A stretch of 62,208 nucleotides of DNA, filler included, from Basidioascus undulatus (taxonomy: Eukaryota), in NCBI GenBank assembly GCA_000826855.1. It is 10 parts of 10 records of this genome, joined end to end, with 100 filler letters (N's around TTAATTAATTAA, not from the genome) between each part and the next. Parts side by side here need not be neighbours in the genome. Positions count along the whole stretch, not along the records: positions 1 to 25,095 come from JTLS01000225.1; positions 25,196 to 29,244 come from JTLS01002255.1; 8 more parts are not named here. One strand, 5' to 3'. The notes beneath the pieces are model-generated. The model saw only the letters and a program-made list of their open reading frames with translations, ran no database searches and was not told the DNA's origin. Within the stretch, counting starts at the first letter, position 1. Every line of letters starts with the position of its first letter. This document shows, piece by piece, positions 15,946-27,581 of this stretch. The translations under genes were made by a program, and so were the position numbers.

Positions 15946-16939
15946 GGTTCAGTACTCGATATGTGTGAGGGTGAGTGATGAAGGCGATGAGTGTTTCTCT
16001 GTGAGATGGTAACGAAAAGGTTGAAGGAAACGCGACGTGGAGTTGAAGGTGCATTTATGCGGTGGAGGCGTCGTCCCCGGCTGCGCTGCAAGTCAGGCGG
16101 GACCCCCTCCAAGGCTCGAACCATCGCTGACCTGGAACGATCAGGCGTTGCAATAAATTCGATCTATCCGGGGTTCCGGATGTCATATGAGCAGCCTGAC
16201 ATTCGTGAGCGTTTGTGGAGAAGCCGAAGTGCCTCAGATGGGGGCCCCTGCGGCGTCAGAGGAGCTTGAGGGGCTGAACCCTTGCACTTGTAGCTGGCCC
16301 CTGTGAATTCTCGTTGGTAGCCAATAACGGGGGCGGGGGGGGCTTTACAAACTGACGGCCATCAAGAGCGCAGGTTTGTGCAACATGAGTGCAACCAAAA
16401 AGCGATAACCAGCCGCAAAGGAAAAGCTGGGAAAGCCCTCTCGAGACTCCCAATGCAAGACCTAAACCCCTACATTCATAGATTATGCATCCACAAGGCC
16501 ACACATCGAAGCATTGCATCAGGAGACACTTGCAGCTGGCCTATTGAGACGTGGATGTGCACGATGAGACTGCAGCATCGTCTTGCCACCCTCTCGGCGC
16601 GTGGGTCTTCCAAATGAACAACTATTTCGACGGACACAGCAGAAAACATGGGAGGGGCGTAAGATCCGCAAGTTGCAGTGGCGGCGGCGCGATGAACTCG
16701 CTGCTGCAGGACAGCCCAGAAGATCAATGCTGCCCATCGCGATCCTTCGAACGCCATTATGGATCCATGAGACCTTTGGACTCCCCTATGTTCCGGATGG
16801 CGTCTGCTACTTTGTTGCCCGACACGCTGAGAGCACGACAGCGGCAACACACAGCAACGCACGGAGAGATGATAATGCACAACAATGTAAAGAGAGTCCA
16901 TACGGGCGAGGAGATCTAGACGAATCCCAACCCTGTCGC

Positions 16940-18226
16940 TCAAGCAGCAGCGACCGCCGTCTGCCCCTCAGCGGCCTTCTCCAAACCGTCCGCATACTGG
17001 AAGTCACCCGACGCCTCGTACTGTCCCGTCCCACAAACCCCGGGTTAACTACTGTGCCCGCTCCACACTCGTTTTCAAGCCTACCTCCCACATATCAAGC
17101 GCGACCTCGCAGCTCTCGCGCACTACCCTGGGCGCATCCGCCCTCTTTGCGAACTCCTCCAGGGCCTCCTTGACCTGGGCGCCCCCCTCCGCGCCAATGC
17201 CGCCCAGCGCCTCTGCCGCCTCGTGCCTGACCATCTCGCTCTCCTCCTCCTTGCGCAGGACCTTCAGCAGGGCCGGCACGCTCTCGGGCGAGCTGAGCTG
17301 GCCGAAGATGTACGCGATCTCGTGGCGGAAGAGCGCGGACGCATCGGCGAAGCCGTCCGCGAGCGCAGCGATCGCCTCGGCGTGCGCGGGGGAGGAGGTG
17401 GACGAGTGCAGCGCGATATTGCGCAGCCCGAACATCGAGCGGTAGCGCTCGAAGAGAGGCAGGGAGGCGTCGAGGAAGGTGGTGCGGAGGGCGGAGGCGG
17501 TGGGGGAAGAGGTGGACGGCGGGGCGGGCGCAGGGTCGATGACGGGGATGGCGCTGTGGTTGAATAGCGACTCATGAGTGCCTCCAGGTCAGGTATAGCT
17601 AGAATAGAAAAGGAACGCACTTCTCCTCGTTGTCCCCATCGGATTCCCGGGTGGCACGGTGGTCGTGCTCGATCTTCCGAATCGCAATGTCGCACGTCTC
17701 CTTGATGCTCACGTCCACGCCATCCTTGGTGAAGTACTCGCGGAGGATGGGGATAGAGTCGAGGGAGGAAATTGCGCCGAGAGCCTCAGCGGCCTGCAAG
17801 ACGAGGTCAGCCGCGATGTACGCTTGGAAAGGGAAGGACGGGAAGACGAGCCTCGTGTCGGACCATGGGGTCCTCCTTGTCGTTCCGGAGGACAGTGTCA
17901 AGGACGGGGAGCGCCGCAGTGCGCTTGATCTGCCCGAGCACGTAGGCCAGCTCGTGCTTGAGCAGTGCAGAGTCCGAAGTGAGCAGGGCTGTTTGTTCCC
18001 CCGCCAGCGTTAGCTACCAGCTCCTCTCGCCCGTCGGCAAGTTCCAGCAAAGTAGCACACCCTCGCCCACAGTGTCTATCGCCCGGTTGTCGCCCGCCTG
18101 GCCGATTGCCTTCATGGTGAAGAGGGCACGGAACTGCTGCGCGAGCGAGTTCTTGCTGGAGGTGTTGAGCAGCGTGGCCCGGACGGCGTTGAACTGCTCT
18201 GCGGGGAGACTGGCGAGGTCGGCCAT
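16940..18226 (-). CDS. LIA1: Deoxyhypusine hydroxylase (DOHH)
   Basis: Four HE iron-ligand HEAT motifs: [36 protein letters not shown] and [13 protein letters not shown]-terminal [15 protein letters not shown]...FQYAD. Confidence 0.95.
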
Positions 18227-18532
18227 AGTGCGGGTGTCGCTCTTTCTGGAAGTTGCTGGAGGTGGTGAAGGTGGGAAACGAAGGAGTGAAAAGATTGAAA
18301 GTTGCTGTAGGGGAAGATGTGCGATGAAAAGAGAAGACGGAGAGCACAAGAAGATCGATCCCCAAACTTTCGCCTTTGCTTCCGGTTCACGCGTCTTTTC
18401 CCACGCCCTCTCAGGCGCAAGATCGCAGAATTTCGAGACTTCTGGCGTCTTGCCTTCTCGCTTCCATCCCATCTACCACCGTTTACGTCGCCCCCTTTTA
18501 TCTTTGAACGCACCCGATAAGGCGACGCCAAC
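18227..18532. promoter_or_regulatory. Short bidirectional promoter shared by LIA1 and MRT4
   Basis: Only 306 nt separate the two divergent start codons. Confidence 0.6.
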
Positions 18533-19475
18533 ATGCCCAAGTCCAAGCGCAACAAGCTCGTGTCTCTCACCCAGACCGAGAAGAAGGGCCGCGAGAACAA
18601 GGCGGCGATGATCGACTCCGTCAGTTGATCTTTCCCTGCGAAGGACGGTTTGGGTTGCACTGGCGCAGGGAACTCATGCAAGGTCTTGGGGAATGTAGAT
18701 CAAGGAGACCGCCGACCAGTACAAGTATGTCTGGCTCTTCGAGGTTGGGGATATGCGCAACTCGGCGTTGAAGGACGTCCGTGCCGCATGGAAGGGGTGC
18801 GTCGTTTTCTCTTTCCTCGCTCTCTCCGGCTGACGTTTACCGGATGGACCGTCCTCCAGAACGGGGCGCATCTTCTTCGGCCGCCTCCGAGTAATGGCGC
18901 ACGCTTTGGGGACGACGCCCGAGACGTCGCACAAGCCGGGACTGTACAAGCTCTCGTCCAAGCTCGAGGGCCCGGTCGGGCTGTTCTTCACGAGCTGGGA
19001 GCCGAAGGAGGTCCGCGAGTGGTTCGACGACTTCAAGAAGGAGGACTTTGCGCGTGCTGGGAACCGTGCGACGGAGGACGTTGAGCTGCCCGAGGGTGCG
19101 TCCGCGTCTTCCTTCACTCGCTCGTCACCTCCTGGCCCCTTTCGGTTGGCTTACGATGGGGGATCTTATCGTGCAGGCCCGATTATCCACCGCCCAACAG
19201 GCGACACGCTCCCGCACACGCTCGAGCCCTCGCTCCGGCGGCTCGGCCTCTCCACCTCACTCCTGCGCGGCATCCCGTCCCTCACGGCCGCGCACACGGT
19301 CTGCAAAAAGGGCGACATGCTCACGGGCGAGCAGGCGCAAATCCTCAAGCATCTGGGGATCATGATGGCCGAGTTCAAGATCCGGCTGCTGTCGATGTGG
19401 GAGGAGGGCAAGGGCGGCGAGGGCGTCATCACGGAGGAGGCCCGACCAGAGGGTGAGAACGAGATGGACGAGTAG
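18533..19475 (+). CDS. MRT4: Ribosome assembly factor Mrt4
   Basis: MPKSKRNKLVSLTQTEKKGRENK, DMRNSALKDVR, GRIFFG, DFARAG and VCKKGDMLTGEQAQILK, with three GT-AG introns. Confidence 0.95.
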
Positions 19476-20476
19476 ATTGGGGAGTACATGTCAGGTGGGG
19501 AGCTGGCGGATGGTGGCAAGCGACGCACACATTCTTGTTGTATACCCCTCGTTTTCTGTTCCTTTTCTCTGCATCAGCTCTCGCATCGCCATGACTGAAG
19601 ACTTCGTGCCTCCGGCCTGTGCTCCCTCGAGCCGTATAAGGAACTGAGCTGCACCAACATGAGACGAGATCTTGCTGTGCTCAGAAGAAAGGGTTCTTAA
19701 GGAAACATCTGCTGCCTTTGCCGCTGCGTCTGCCTTACGAAGCTCGTTGGGTTCGGTGGGTGCGTTAAACATGGATCCCACGCTTCGGACGTCCGCCTGG
19801 TACGCTTGGCCACGGTCGGAGATACTGAACATTGTCGAATCAGTAATTTGAGAAGCAGTTCGTTCTTTCACGTCGTGTACGGATCCCGGCTAGCTTTTCG
19901 GGATGGCAGATGCGCTGAGTTGCCAGCGACTGAGTTACTGCGCTCGAGGGATCAGAAACAAAGTTTCGGTGAGGTATTCTTACATCACATGCCCAGACTT
20001 TAACACAAAGTACAGAGCATGTACGGTTTTGCGCACACACAAACAGAGATCCCCGACGTGCAGTAGTAGTTTCAAACAGACGTCCACAAAGGACGCTTCC
20101 GTCCCATTCCTTTCAAGGTATAAAGCCCTCCACGGCATCTCTTAATACGCAAGTGCCAGCATTGTCTGCGGCCCTGCCTTGTACTCTGGTAGCTGCCGCT
20201 TGGCTTAGCCGAGTTAGGGGAGTCGAGGGAGTCTCGCCTTGTGGGGGCGAATTGCATGCCTCGCACTGCTCTGCTCGTCAAGCTCGGCCCCCCATGTACT
20301 CTTTCTTTCCCAAGGGCGCTGAAAGGGAGTATTCCCACACAGTCATCTTCATGTCCCTCAGCAACGCAACCGCCTCTGGGGCATTGACGCGAGCGGGGCC
20401 GGCGGGCGAGGACCAACTTCCAAGCTTTGGATGTTGCAATTGTTTGTATAATTTTTTTTTTGCCCATTGGGGCAAG

Positions 20477-20548
20477 TCCTCCTTAGCTCAGTGGTAGAGC
20501 GCGTCACTAGTAATGACGAGGTCAGTCGTTCAAATCGGCTAGGAGGAA
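20477..20548 (+). tRNA. tRNA-Thr(AGT), intronless
   Basis: Cloverleaf: acceptor TCCTCCT/AGGAGGA, D arm GCTC-AGTGGTA-GAGC, anticodon arm CGTCA-CT-AGT-AA-TGACG and T arm AGTCG-TTCAAAT-CGGCT. A downstream T5 run is a Pol III terminator. Confidence 0.93.
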
Positions 20549-20759
20549 TTCCGGAATTCCTTTTTCATTCTTGATTGAGGTTTTTCAGCTAAATACACTC
20601 TATAAACAGAGGCAAAGGATGGAGGCCAACGCGGATCAACACAACGCGACTGAAAATCTTCGGTCACCGGCACAGTAAGATGGCGCATATGCGCGTCACC
20701 AGGCTCCCACACACTAGGTACGGAAACATCCCGGAAATGTGAGTAACGCGACTGCAAAT

Positions 20760-21646
20760 TCAGATGGAACGCGGTAACTGCTCGTGCCACCACTTCTCGA
20801 TCGCCTCACTGGCGCAGGCAATGGTTCTCATACATCCGTAGCAGGTCGCCCCACTACAATTTGGCACGTGGACCATGGTAACTCCTTCGTTAAAGAGTGT
20901 TGTGGTGGTAAATTTACCATGACAATGTCCAAAACGGAACTTGAGGTTGCTGATGACTATGCGCTTCCCGCTTGTCCACCACGTCGCCGTATCAAGATGA
21001 CCATGATCGGCGCGAGTGTTATTGGCGGCTTGATCAATTCATACTCTTCAAGTATGGTTATTGCTTTTGAGTACCGAGAGAAAATGAAGCTGTGCGAGGC
21101 GATAGAGATAACTCGAAGGCATGAGTTTCGCCTGCGCCACTGTGAGCTAGTTGATGTTGTATCCGAGCGCATACTCTGATGCGAATATTGCGTCCGACTC
21201 CCATCCGTGCCCGGCTGCGAAAGCGTACACGTCAAATGGGTACGACCGCACCAGGCCGAAATTGGGCCCCTGCAGAGCAAGGTTCACTCCCCGGGCGTCA
21301 CATTTTTCTGCGATTTTGCCAACAGCTTGTATGTTCTTCGGCTTATCCAAGGCGGGAAGGCGGGGAGAGGCAGAGGAGAGCAAGAAACACCTCAAGTTGA
21401 GCGGCATCTTCGTCGACATCGACAGTATCATGAAGGGCAGAGGCGCCGCAGGATCGAGGGTCTTTGAGTCCGTCGAAGGACGAGGGAGCTGAGCACGGAT
21501 CGAGAGACGGTAGAACCCGCCGAAAGGAGCAAGCAATTGACGAAGAACAACCTCTTGTCGGCGAAGCGAAGGGCCAGGTCCGTGCATGTCGAGAACAGAG
21601 GCGAGACCTTCATAGTCGGTGGTGCTGCGCTTGGGGTAGAACCCAT
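20760..21646 (-). pseudogene. Decayed BTB/POZ-domain protein
   Basis: Pieces in three frames: MGST...SPLFST.TDLALRFADKRLFFVNCLLLSAGSTV, DVDEDAAQLEVFLALL, AVGKIAEKCD, PFDVYAFAAGHGW...ASEYAL and YLYRLAQLH, ending CYGC...LPRSI*. In-frame TAG at 21147-21149 plus several frameshifts. Confidence 0.65.
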
Positions 21647-21900
21647 CTCGAACGCTGAAGGATGAACTCAAGATTGGGAAAGACACGATGGTGGAGAGAA
21701 AAAGAACTGCGGGTGATCGAAGGGGAAGATGTCAATGTGCATGCCAGGCAGAAAAGAAAGCGGATTCAAATGTTGGGCGGAACCAGTTGTGCAAACTCGC
21801 CCTCGGAGCAAATTTACCCTTGCTGGGCTTCACGCTATATTCTCACGGAATCCCAATAATGTCATGCATTTCAAGCGCTGTCCCCGTAGTAGACACCCCT

Positions 21901-22290
21901 TCAGATTGTCCTCGGAAGCTCCGCATCCCACTTGGCCTCGAGATCGTGGAAGGCCTTATCGATACATACTTCACAGGCGAAGCAATTCGCAAGGCCATCA
22001 TCAGCGGACGCAGCCCGACGGACGCCGAGGCGCATGTTGAAAGTAACTTGAAGTGTGCGTTCGTCGGGAACCGCAGGTCCAAATCCTGGATGAAGACCAA
22101 GACGATGGTTTCGAACCATTCTTTGTAGTCGATTTGACCATCATTATGCGTATTCTCGTGAGACTCTTCGAGTACGTGATTCCGCAGAATCGAAACCGCC
22201 TTGCGATATCGAGTGCGGTGGAGCTCAGTGAGGTGCTGGAGGTAGCCAACCAGCATCGAGTTTGCTATGTCTCCTGAAAGGTCCAGGTCA
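21901..22290 (-). pseudogene. Second, N-terminally truncated paralogue of the BTB-family gene
   Basis: MLVGYLQHLTELHRTRYRKAVSIL aligns by eye with MPSSYLYRLAQLHFSRYSKAITIL of the neighbour. It ends CEVC...KWDAELPRTI*, versus CYGC...KWWHEQLPRSI* in the neighbour, and needs a frameshift. Confidence 0.55.
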
Positions 22291-22449
22291 CGGTCGATAG
22301 GTGAAAATATCGGCTTTCAGGAAATTGCTTTCGGTCTTTACAGGTGTGGTTGCGATAACAGACAGGTCGAATGACGTTGCGTGCCAGCGCGAGCACGCAA
22401 CTTCACCTCTCCACCAACAACCATCGACATCTTCACATAATTCACCGCA

Positions 22450-23694
22450 ATGCCCTCTCCTGCAGCCCTCGTTATAGGCGCCTCTCGCGGCCTCGGTCTC
22501 GCCCTCGCGCAGACTCTGCACGCCCGCGGCCACACCGTCTACGCGACAGTGCGGTCCACGGGCGCGCCGAAGACATTCCCGGAGGGCGTGCGCGTGCTGG
22601 ATGGGATCGACGTCGCGACCGAAGGAGCAGGAAAGAAGATTGTGGAGGGTCTGAAGGGCCAGAAGCTCGACAGCGTCTGGTATGTCGCTGGTTTGCTGAA
22701 ACCTGAGGTGAGTGCCCGATGAAACAAGCAGTCTGGGGGGCCGGAGTGAAGCTGATGAGCGGTTCGGTGGGACGACAGACTTTCGACGACTTGAAATGGG
22801 AGGACCAGCTGGCGATGTACACGATCTGTGCAGTTGCGCCGGTGTTCATTACCAAAGCATTGTGCGTACCCATTCTCAATTGCCCGCGGACTCCAGAAGC
22901 TCATCCGATTTCACGCGCTTTCCTCTCTTCAGAGTAAAGTCCGGTGCCTTGAAAGAGGGCTCAAAGCTCCTAATTTTCTCGTCCGAGGGCGGGTCGATCA
23001 TGCTCCGGACCAAGGATGAGGGTGGAGGAATGTTCGGACATCATGGCAGCAAGGTCTGTTGGAGAGCTTTTCGGCTGACTCGCGTTCGATTGACTGCCCT
23101 AACTTCTACGAACAGGCAGCCCAGAACATGATTGGGAAGCTGCTCGCGATCGAGCTGCATGAAAAGAACATCGCCGTCGGGCTGCTGCATGTGCGTCGAG
23201 GGTACGAGCGCCTTTCTCGCAGGTGTGACTGACACACGACCACTCTATCCTAACAACCGAGCTTCATGAAAACCGACATGGTCGGCCCCACACTTTTTGT
23301 TCTTCCCACTCATGCTTCCGCTCACATTTTGATGGAACAGACGAAGGGCGCCGGCTTCGACCAGTTCTACGAGTCCGGGGGTGGTACGACCCTGTCCCAT
23401 CAACAATTTCATGAACCCACTCCTGACCTTTTTATCTTCAGCCGTCGATCCCGCAGAAGCTGTCCCAACCATCCTCGACTTTGTGGACAAGTTCGATCAC
23501 TCGCAAACGGGCACCTTCTGGGCGCCGCGTGGACCGGGGTGCGTCGTCCCTCTTCTTATCTTCGTGTTGTTCCATTTCTTTGCAGTTTTTGTATGCTGAA
23601 CTCTTGGTCGGACGCGGCTTTCCACAGGGACGTCGGGCAGGCGGAGAACGTGCTGGGCAAGAACCTGCCCACGCCGCTCCAGCTGCCATGGTAG
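22450..23694 (+). CDS. Short-chain dehydrogenase/reductase (CsgA-like)
   Basis: N-terminal Rossmann IGASRGLG, VYATVR, YVAG, SSEGGS, HHGSKAAQNM and HPSFMKTDM, with C-terminal ...LPW*. Multi-exon. Confidence 0.88.
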
Positions 23695-24275
23695 AGAGCT
23701 TGCGGGGCTTGCTGAGACTACCACTTGCCTTTTCATGCTGTTTTTACAGGAACTTCTGGAAGAACAATATCGCATTTGATGATATCACTTTCTTGTGCAT
23801 GCCCTAGACGCCCTTCTTGCCGTGCAATAAAACGCTGCGTACGGTCCCAGCAGTACAGGCCCATCTGAAGATCTCGAATTTTGAGTGCCAATTACGGTTT
23901 GCTCGAAGCAAAAGGTTTGGCATAGGTTTGCATGCCGCGGACGGCGGTCGTTTTCGCTACACAGCCGAACGTGCAATGTGATGGCGCTTTCAGTTGCCCC
24001 GCTCACGTCGTGGTCGAGCGTTCGTTGCACTGTTCTCAGGAGATGAGGCGCTGCTGCTGTGGCTGCTGTACAGCTGAGTTGGCTGCTGCGTCAGCTTCTC
24101 GTACGCAGCGTCAGTTTCGTGAATGAATTCTCAGGCTGACTGGCGCAGGCTCTACAACTTCCATTAAAAACTGAAGGGCATGCAATACATGCCCACCGAG
24201 ATATCTCAAGCAACCCAACCCCCCCTCTTTCCCGCAGCGACAGAGTCCGGCTCCATCCGCATCCCTGTCCGCCGC

Positions 24276-24757
24276 TCACTGCACACCCTGCTGGGCAGCG
24301 GCGGCCTTTTCCAGCGCCCCGAGCGCGGCGTCCGTTTGCGCCGTCACCCGGCGCCAGGGACGCCTTGATCTCCTGGATGTTGGTAGTCGCCTCCTCGAGG
24401 GCCGTTGCGCCATCGGCCGGCTGTGGATTGGGAAGGGCAGCGTCAGAACCGAGGGGGTGAAATGAAGTAGAGAAACTAGAAAGCAACCCACGTTCGCGGC
24501 AGCCCCAGCGGTAGAAAGCAACTCCTCGGCCGAGTCGAGGAGGTCGAAAAGGTCATCAGCACCGTTAGGGTTGCTGCTCGCCCCACCCCGATGTCAGCAG
24601 TAGGCGCCGCAGGCTTGTACGGGTGGAGACCGCGCACGCTGATCGCGAAAGGCGCTGCGGGAGAGTTGCGGCGGGCGGGCGAGAGACGAGCGTCCACCAA
24701 GGCCGTGAAGAGGGTGACGAGCGTGACGAGCGTGAGGAAAAGGAAGAGGGACTGCAT
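24276..24757 (-). CDS. Small putatively secreted Ala-rich helical protein (3' end uncertain)
   Basis: Hydrophobic signal-peptide-like MQSLFLFLTLVTLVTLFTALVDA with GT-AG introns. There is an apparent frame slip near 24340-24360. Confidence 0.4.
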
Positions 24758-25095
24758 GTCTGTGTTGATGCCTGGATGAGAGAGTCAGCAGGCTGTGCGG
24801 CAATAAATGCCGCGATAAAAGCTCACAGGGACGGGTGTGGGTAGCGCGGAGGATAGCTTGATGGTCGACCGCGACAGCGAATAACATGGAATTATAGAGG
24901 AGAGGCGATGTGAGGTAAAGGAAGAAAGAAACGAGGCTCGAGGGCGCTGTGCTTTTTGAAGGTTGTGAGGGCGGTCGGCATTGCCAAGGGAACGGCATCC
25001 ACAGCTACGTAGGCGAAATTGACGCGCACTGGATATTTGCTGTGCTCGAGGATCAGTTATAGTACTAGGTCCCCCCCCCCCCCAAAAAAAAAAAA

Positions 25096-25195
25096 NNNNN
25101 NNNNNNNNNNNNNNNNNNNNNNNNNNNNNNNNNNNNNNNTTAATTAATTAANNNNNNNNNNNNNNNNNNNNNNNNNNNNNNNNNNNNNNNNNNNN
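25096..25195. other. Artificial contig spacer
   Basis: N44-TTAATTAATTAA-N44, with stops in all six frames. Confidence 0.99.
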
Positions 25196-25671
25196 AAGCC
25201 GGCTACGGATCATTGGCTCGGTGCGCCGTTACCACACCGACTGCCTACTCCGACTGCGACGGTAGTGATTCGGGTATTTGCTCAAGGCTGCCGAGTGGCA
25301 CTGTTATTTCAAGGGTAGCGGCTCCGGCCAGTGCTTCTCGGCGACCACACGGCAACTTTTTGAGTATAGGTCTTGCTTGTCTTCCGAAAATCAAGACTTT
25401 CTAATGTGAACATCCTCACACAACTCCGATATGCCGCTTCGGACGAAGGGCAACGCCGTGTCTATGCGTGCTGGAAAGCAGAACGTTCGAACGGTTTGCT
25501 CGAGCGAGTCGCCCTGCGCGCTTGAGTCAAGTTGAATTATGGGCAACCTACGGGCCTGAAAAATGAGACTATTCGAAAAATTATCAAGTGTCATTCAAGG
25601 CTCAATAGAGCTGAGCGTCGTGCCACAATGGACCGCTGCAGGAGGAGCTGCTGAGGATATTTCTCTGGTGG

Positions 25672-26540
25672 TTGCTTCAATCCCGCTCCGACGACGGGAT
25701 GGTCACGTACACGTACAAGAGCGACCGCGCGGGGCTGTTCGAGACGTCCGAGCTCGCCGTACCTACCACGCGGGCGCGTTGTTTCTTGGTGGGGCTCTGG
25801 GATGCGGTGGTCACTGGGGTGTTTGCCTTGTTTTGGCTCGCGCTGCCGGCTCCACCGTTGCGGGCGTTGCTTTCGAAGGTCCGTTGTGGTACTGTGCCAT
25901 GCTAGCAGGGGCTCAATGAAACTAATTGTAGCGGTGTCTCCAGCCAGCGGGATTCTGGATGAACGCGCTCATCGCGTTTCGCTAGTCTTCAACTGGTCCC
26001 TCTTGCGGCGCCGCATAGTGCGCTCCGGTGCGTGCTCTCCCTCTCCTCTCGTTTCCCTAGTTACAGAAACTCACACCTACCGCCTCAGACGAGATCTCCC
26101 TCACCCCCGCGGGCGAGCTCCGCATCAAGAGCACGACGGCTCTGTACCTCCCACCCCCGCACTTCATAGGCTCGTACGTGTACAGGCCCTCTGTCCCCGC
26201 GGGGGACTGGGAGCAGCTCGCATACGATGGGGAGGCCGGGGAGGGCGCGCAGATCGTGTTGAGGGAGGGCTCGGAGACGGCAAACAAGAAGAAGGCGCTG
26301 ATAATGAAGCTGTTTAACGTACGCTGGTTTTCATACGCTGTGCTGACTTGGATCGGAAAAGACTGACATAACTCATGTGGGAAACTGCGGTAGCGCACCA
26401 CGCCGCCGGCAGAGGTCGTTGCTGAAGTATGCGCGGGTTTGGAGATGCAGCGGGAGCTGCTTGCGCGGGCAGCTGAAGAGCGGATGGTGGAGAAGGAGGT
26501 GCTTCCAGTGTTTAATTTGACGGATATTCAGCCTGTTTGA
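25672..26540 (+). CDS. Small membrane protein, possibly PIG-H/Gpi15-like (start uncertain)
   Basis: Hydrophobic segments followed by RRIVRSDEISLTPAGELRIKST and LIMKLFNRTTPPAEVVAEVCAGL, loosely resembling the PIG-H pattern. Consistent GT-AG introns. Confidence 0.35.
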
Positions 26541-27581
26541 CTGTTTGGAGGTCGAACGTTCATTTAAGTTGGGGATGCGGCATCTTTCAGGTCCCCTATG
26601 AGCGACCAGGGGATCTGAGCCGGACAGATTGAGCGTGATACGAGTGTACAAACGTCCTCAATACGTCCTGTGCCGGGGGCCTACAATACTGTGCATCCAG
26701 CACGACAGTCCCTCTCGTTCGCTGCCTGAGTGAGTGTTGTGGAACTGCGTCGTTTCCCGGGCAGACCCCATTCATTGGTAGGACTGACATGAAGTTACTT
26801 CTAGATTTCCGGGCATTCACGTAAAGATATGCATCGGTTGCAGCTTGACTCCATGGCAGTCCCAGCAGGGCCCTGCGAGAGCCGCGGCATTGATGTTGTC
26901 TCTCACAGTCTCACTGGAACACAAGGTTCCATACGCCTCTTTTGATTTATTGTCATGACATTGCCTGGCTCTGTTTGCGAATGCACTGGCCTGTGCGAAC
27001 CAGTCAGCGAGTCAAGACGGAGCATGTGTAGATGTTCCATCAACGAACAACACAGTCCCGCTTTCTACTAGACGTATGGTACTCTTGCACTTCAGCGTGA
27101 AGCCCGTGTCGCGCGTTTGTACTCTTCTTGCCCCTCACCATCCCCTGCGCCCCCGAGTCCCCCGCGCCCGCACACGCATCCGCATCACCACACCCGCCTC
27201 GCATATTCTACACACAAATCTTCGCCTCGTTTTCCTTATTCTTCACAGTGCGTAGACATCCCCGAGTTGGTTGGAGGGAGAGGCGGCTGACGCGTGAGGC
27301 GACCCTTTGTTTTCGATTGCGCTCCAGCAGCTCGTCCCACGACGATTGAATCGTTTGACACGCCGCAGAGGCGTCTTCCTTGCTTTATCTTGGTCGCTGA
27401 GCGTTGAACATGTGAGTATTAGGTGTTGTGTGATCGTACGGGCTTTGGATTGCGGCGATTAGCGGCGAAGGGGGGGCAACCGAGAGAACAGTTGCGACCC
27501 ACATACCCTCATGGGCACATTTGGTGAATATCTCTTGTAGTGGATCTGGTACTGATGCCATCCACCCCTTGCGGTTGCAGC

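Noticed and set aside
19480..20470. ORF fragments between MRT4 and tRNA-Thr, including a Cys pattern reminiscent of a Zn-cluster
   Set aside because: Multiple stops and incomplete spacing, so it cannot be distinguished from chance.
25070..25095. C13-A12 run as a poly(A) tail of a retroelement
   Set aside because: It sits at the contig end with no upstream element or target-site duplication, and is likely the cause of the assembly break.
25140..25151. TTAATTAATTAA recurring about every 4.1 kb as a possible repeat array or piggyBac-type TTAA target
   Set aside because: Always centred in N44 flanks, so it is an artificial six-frame-stop linker.
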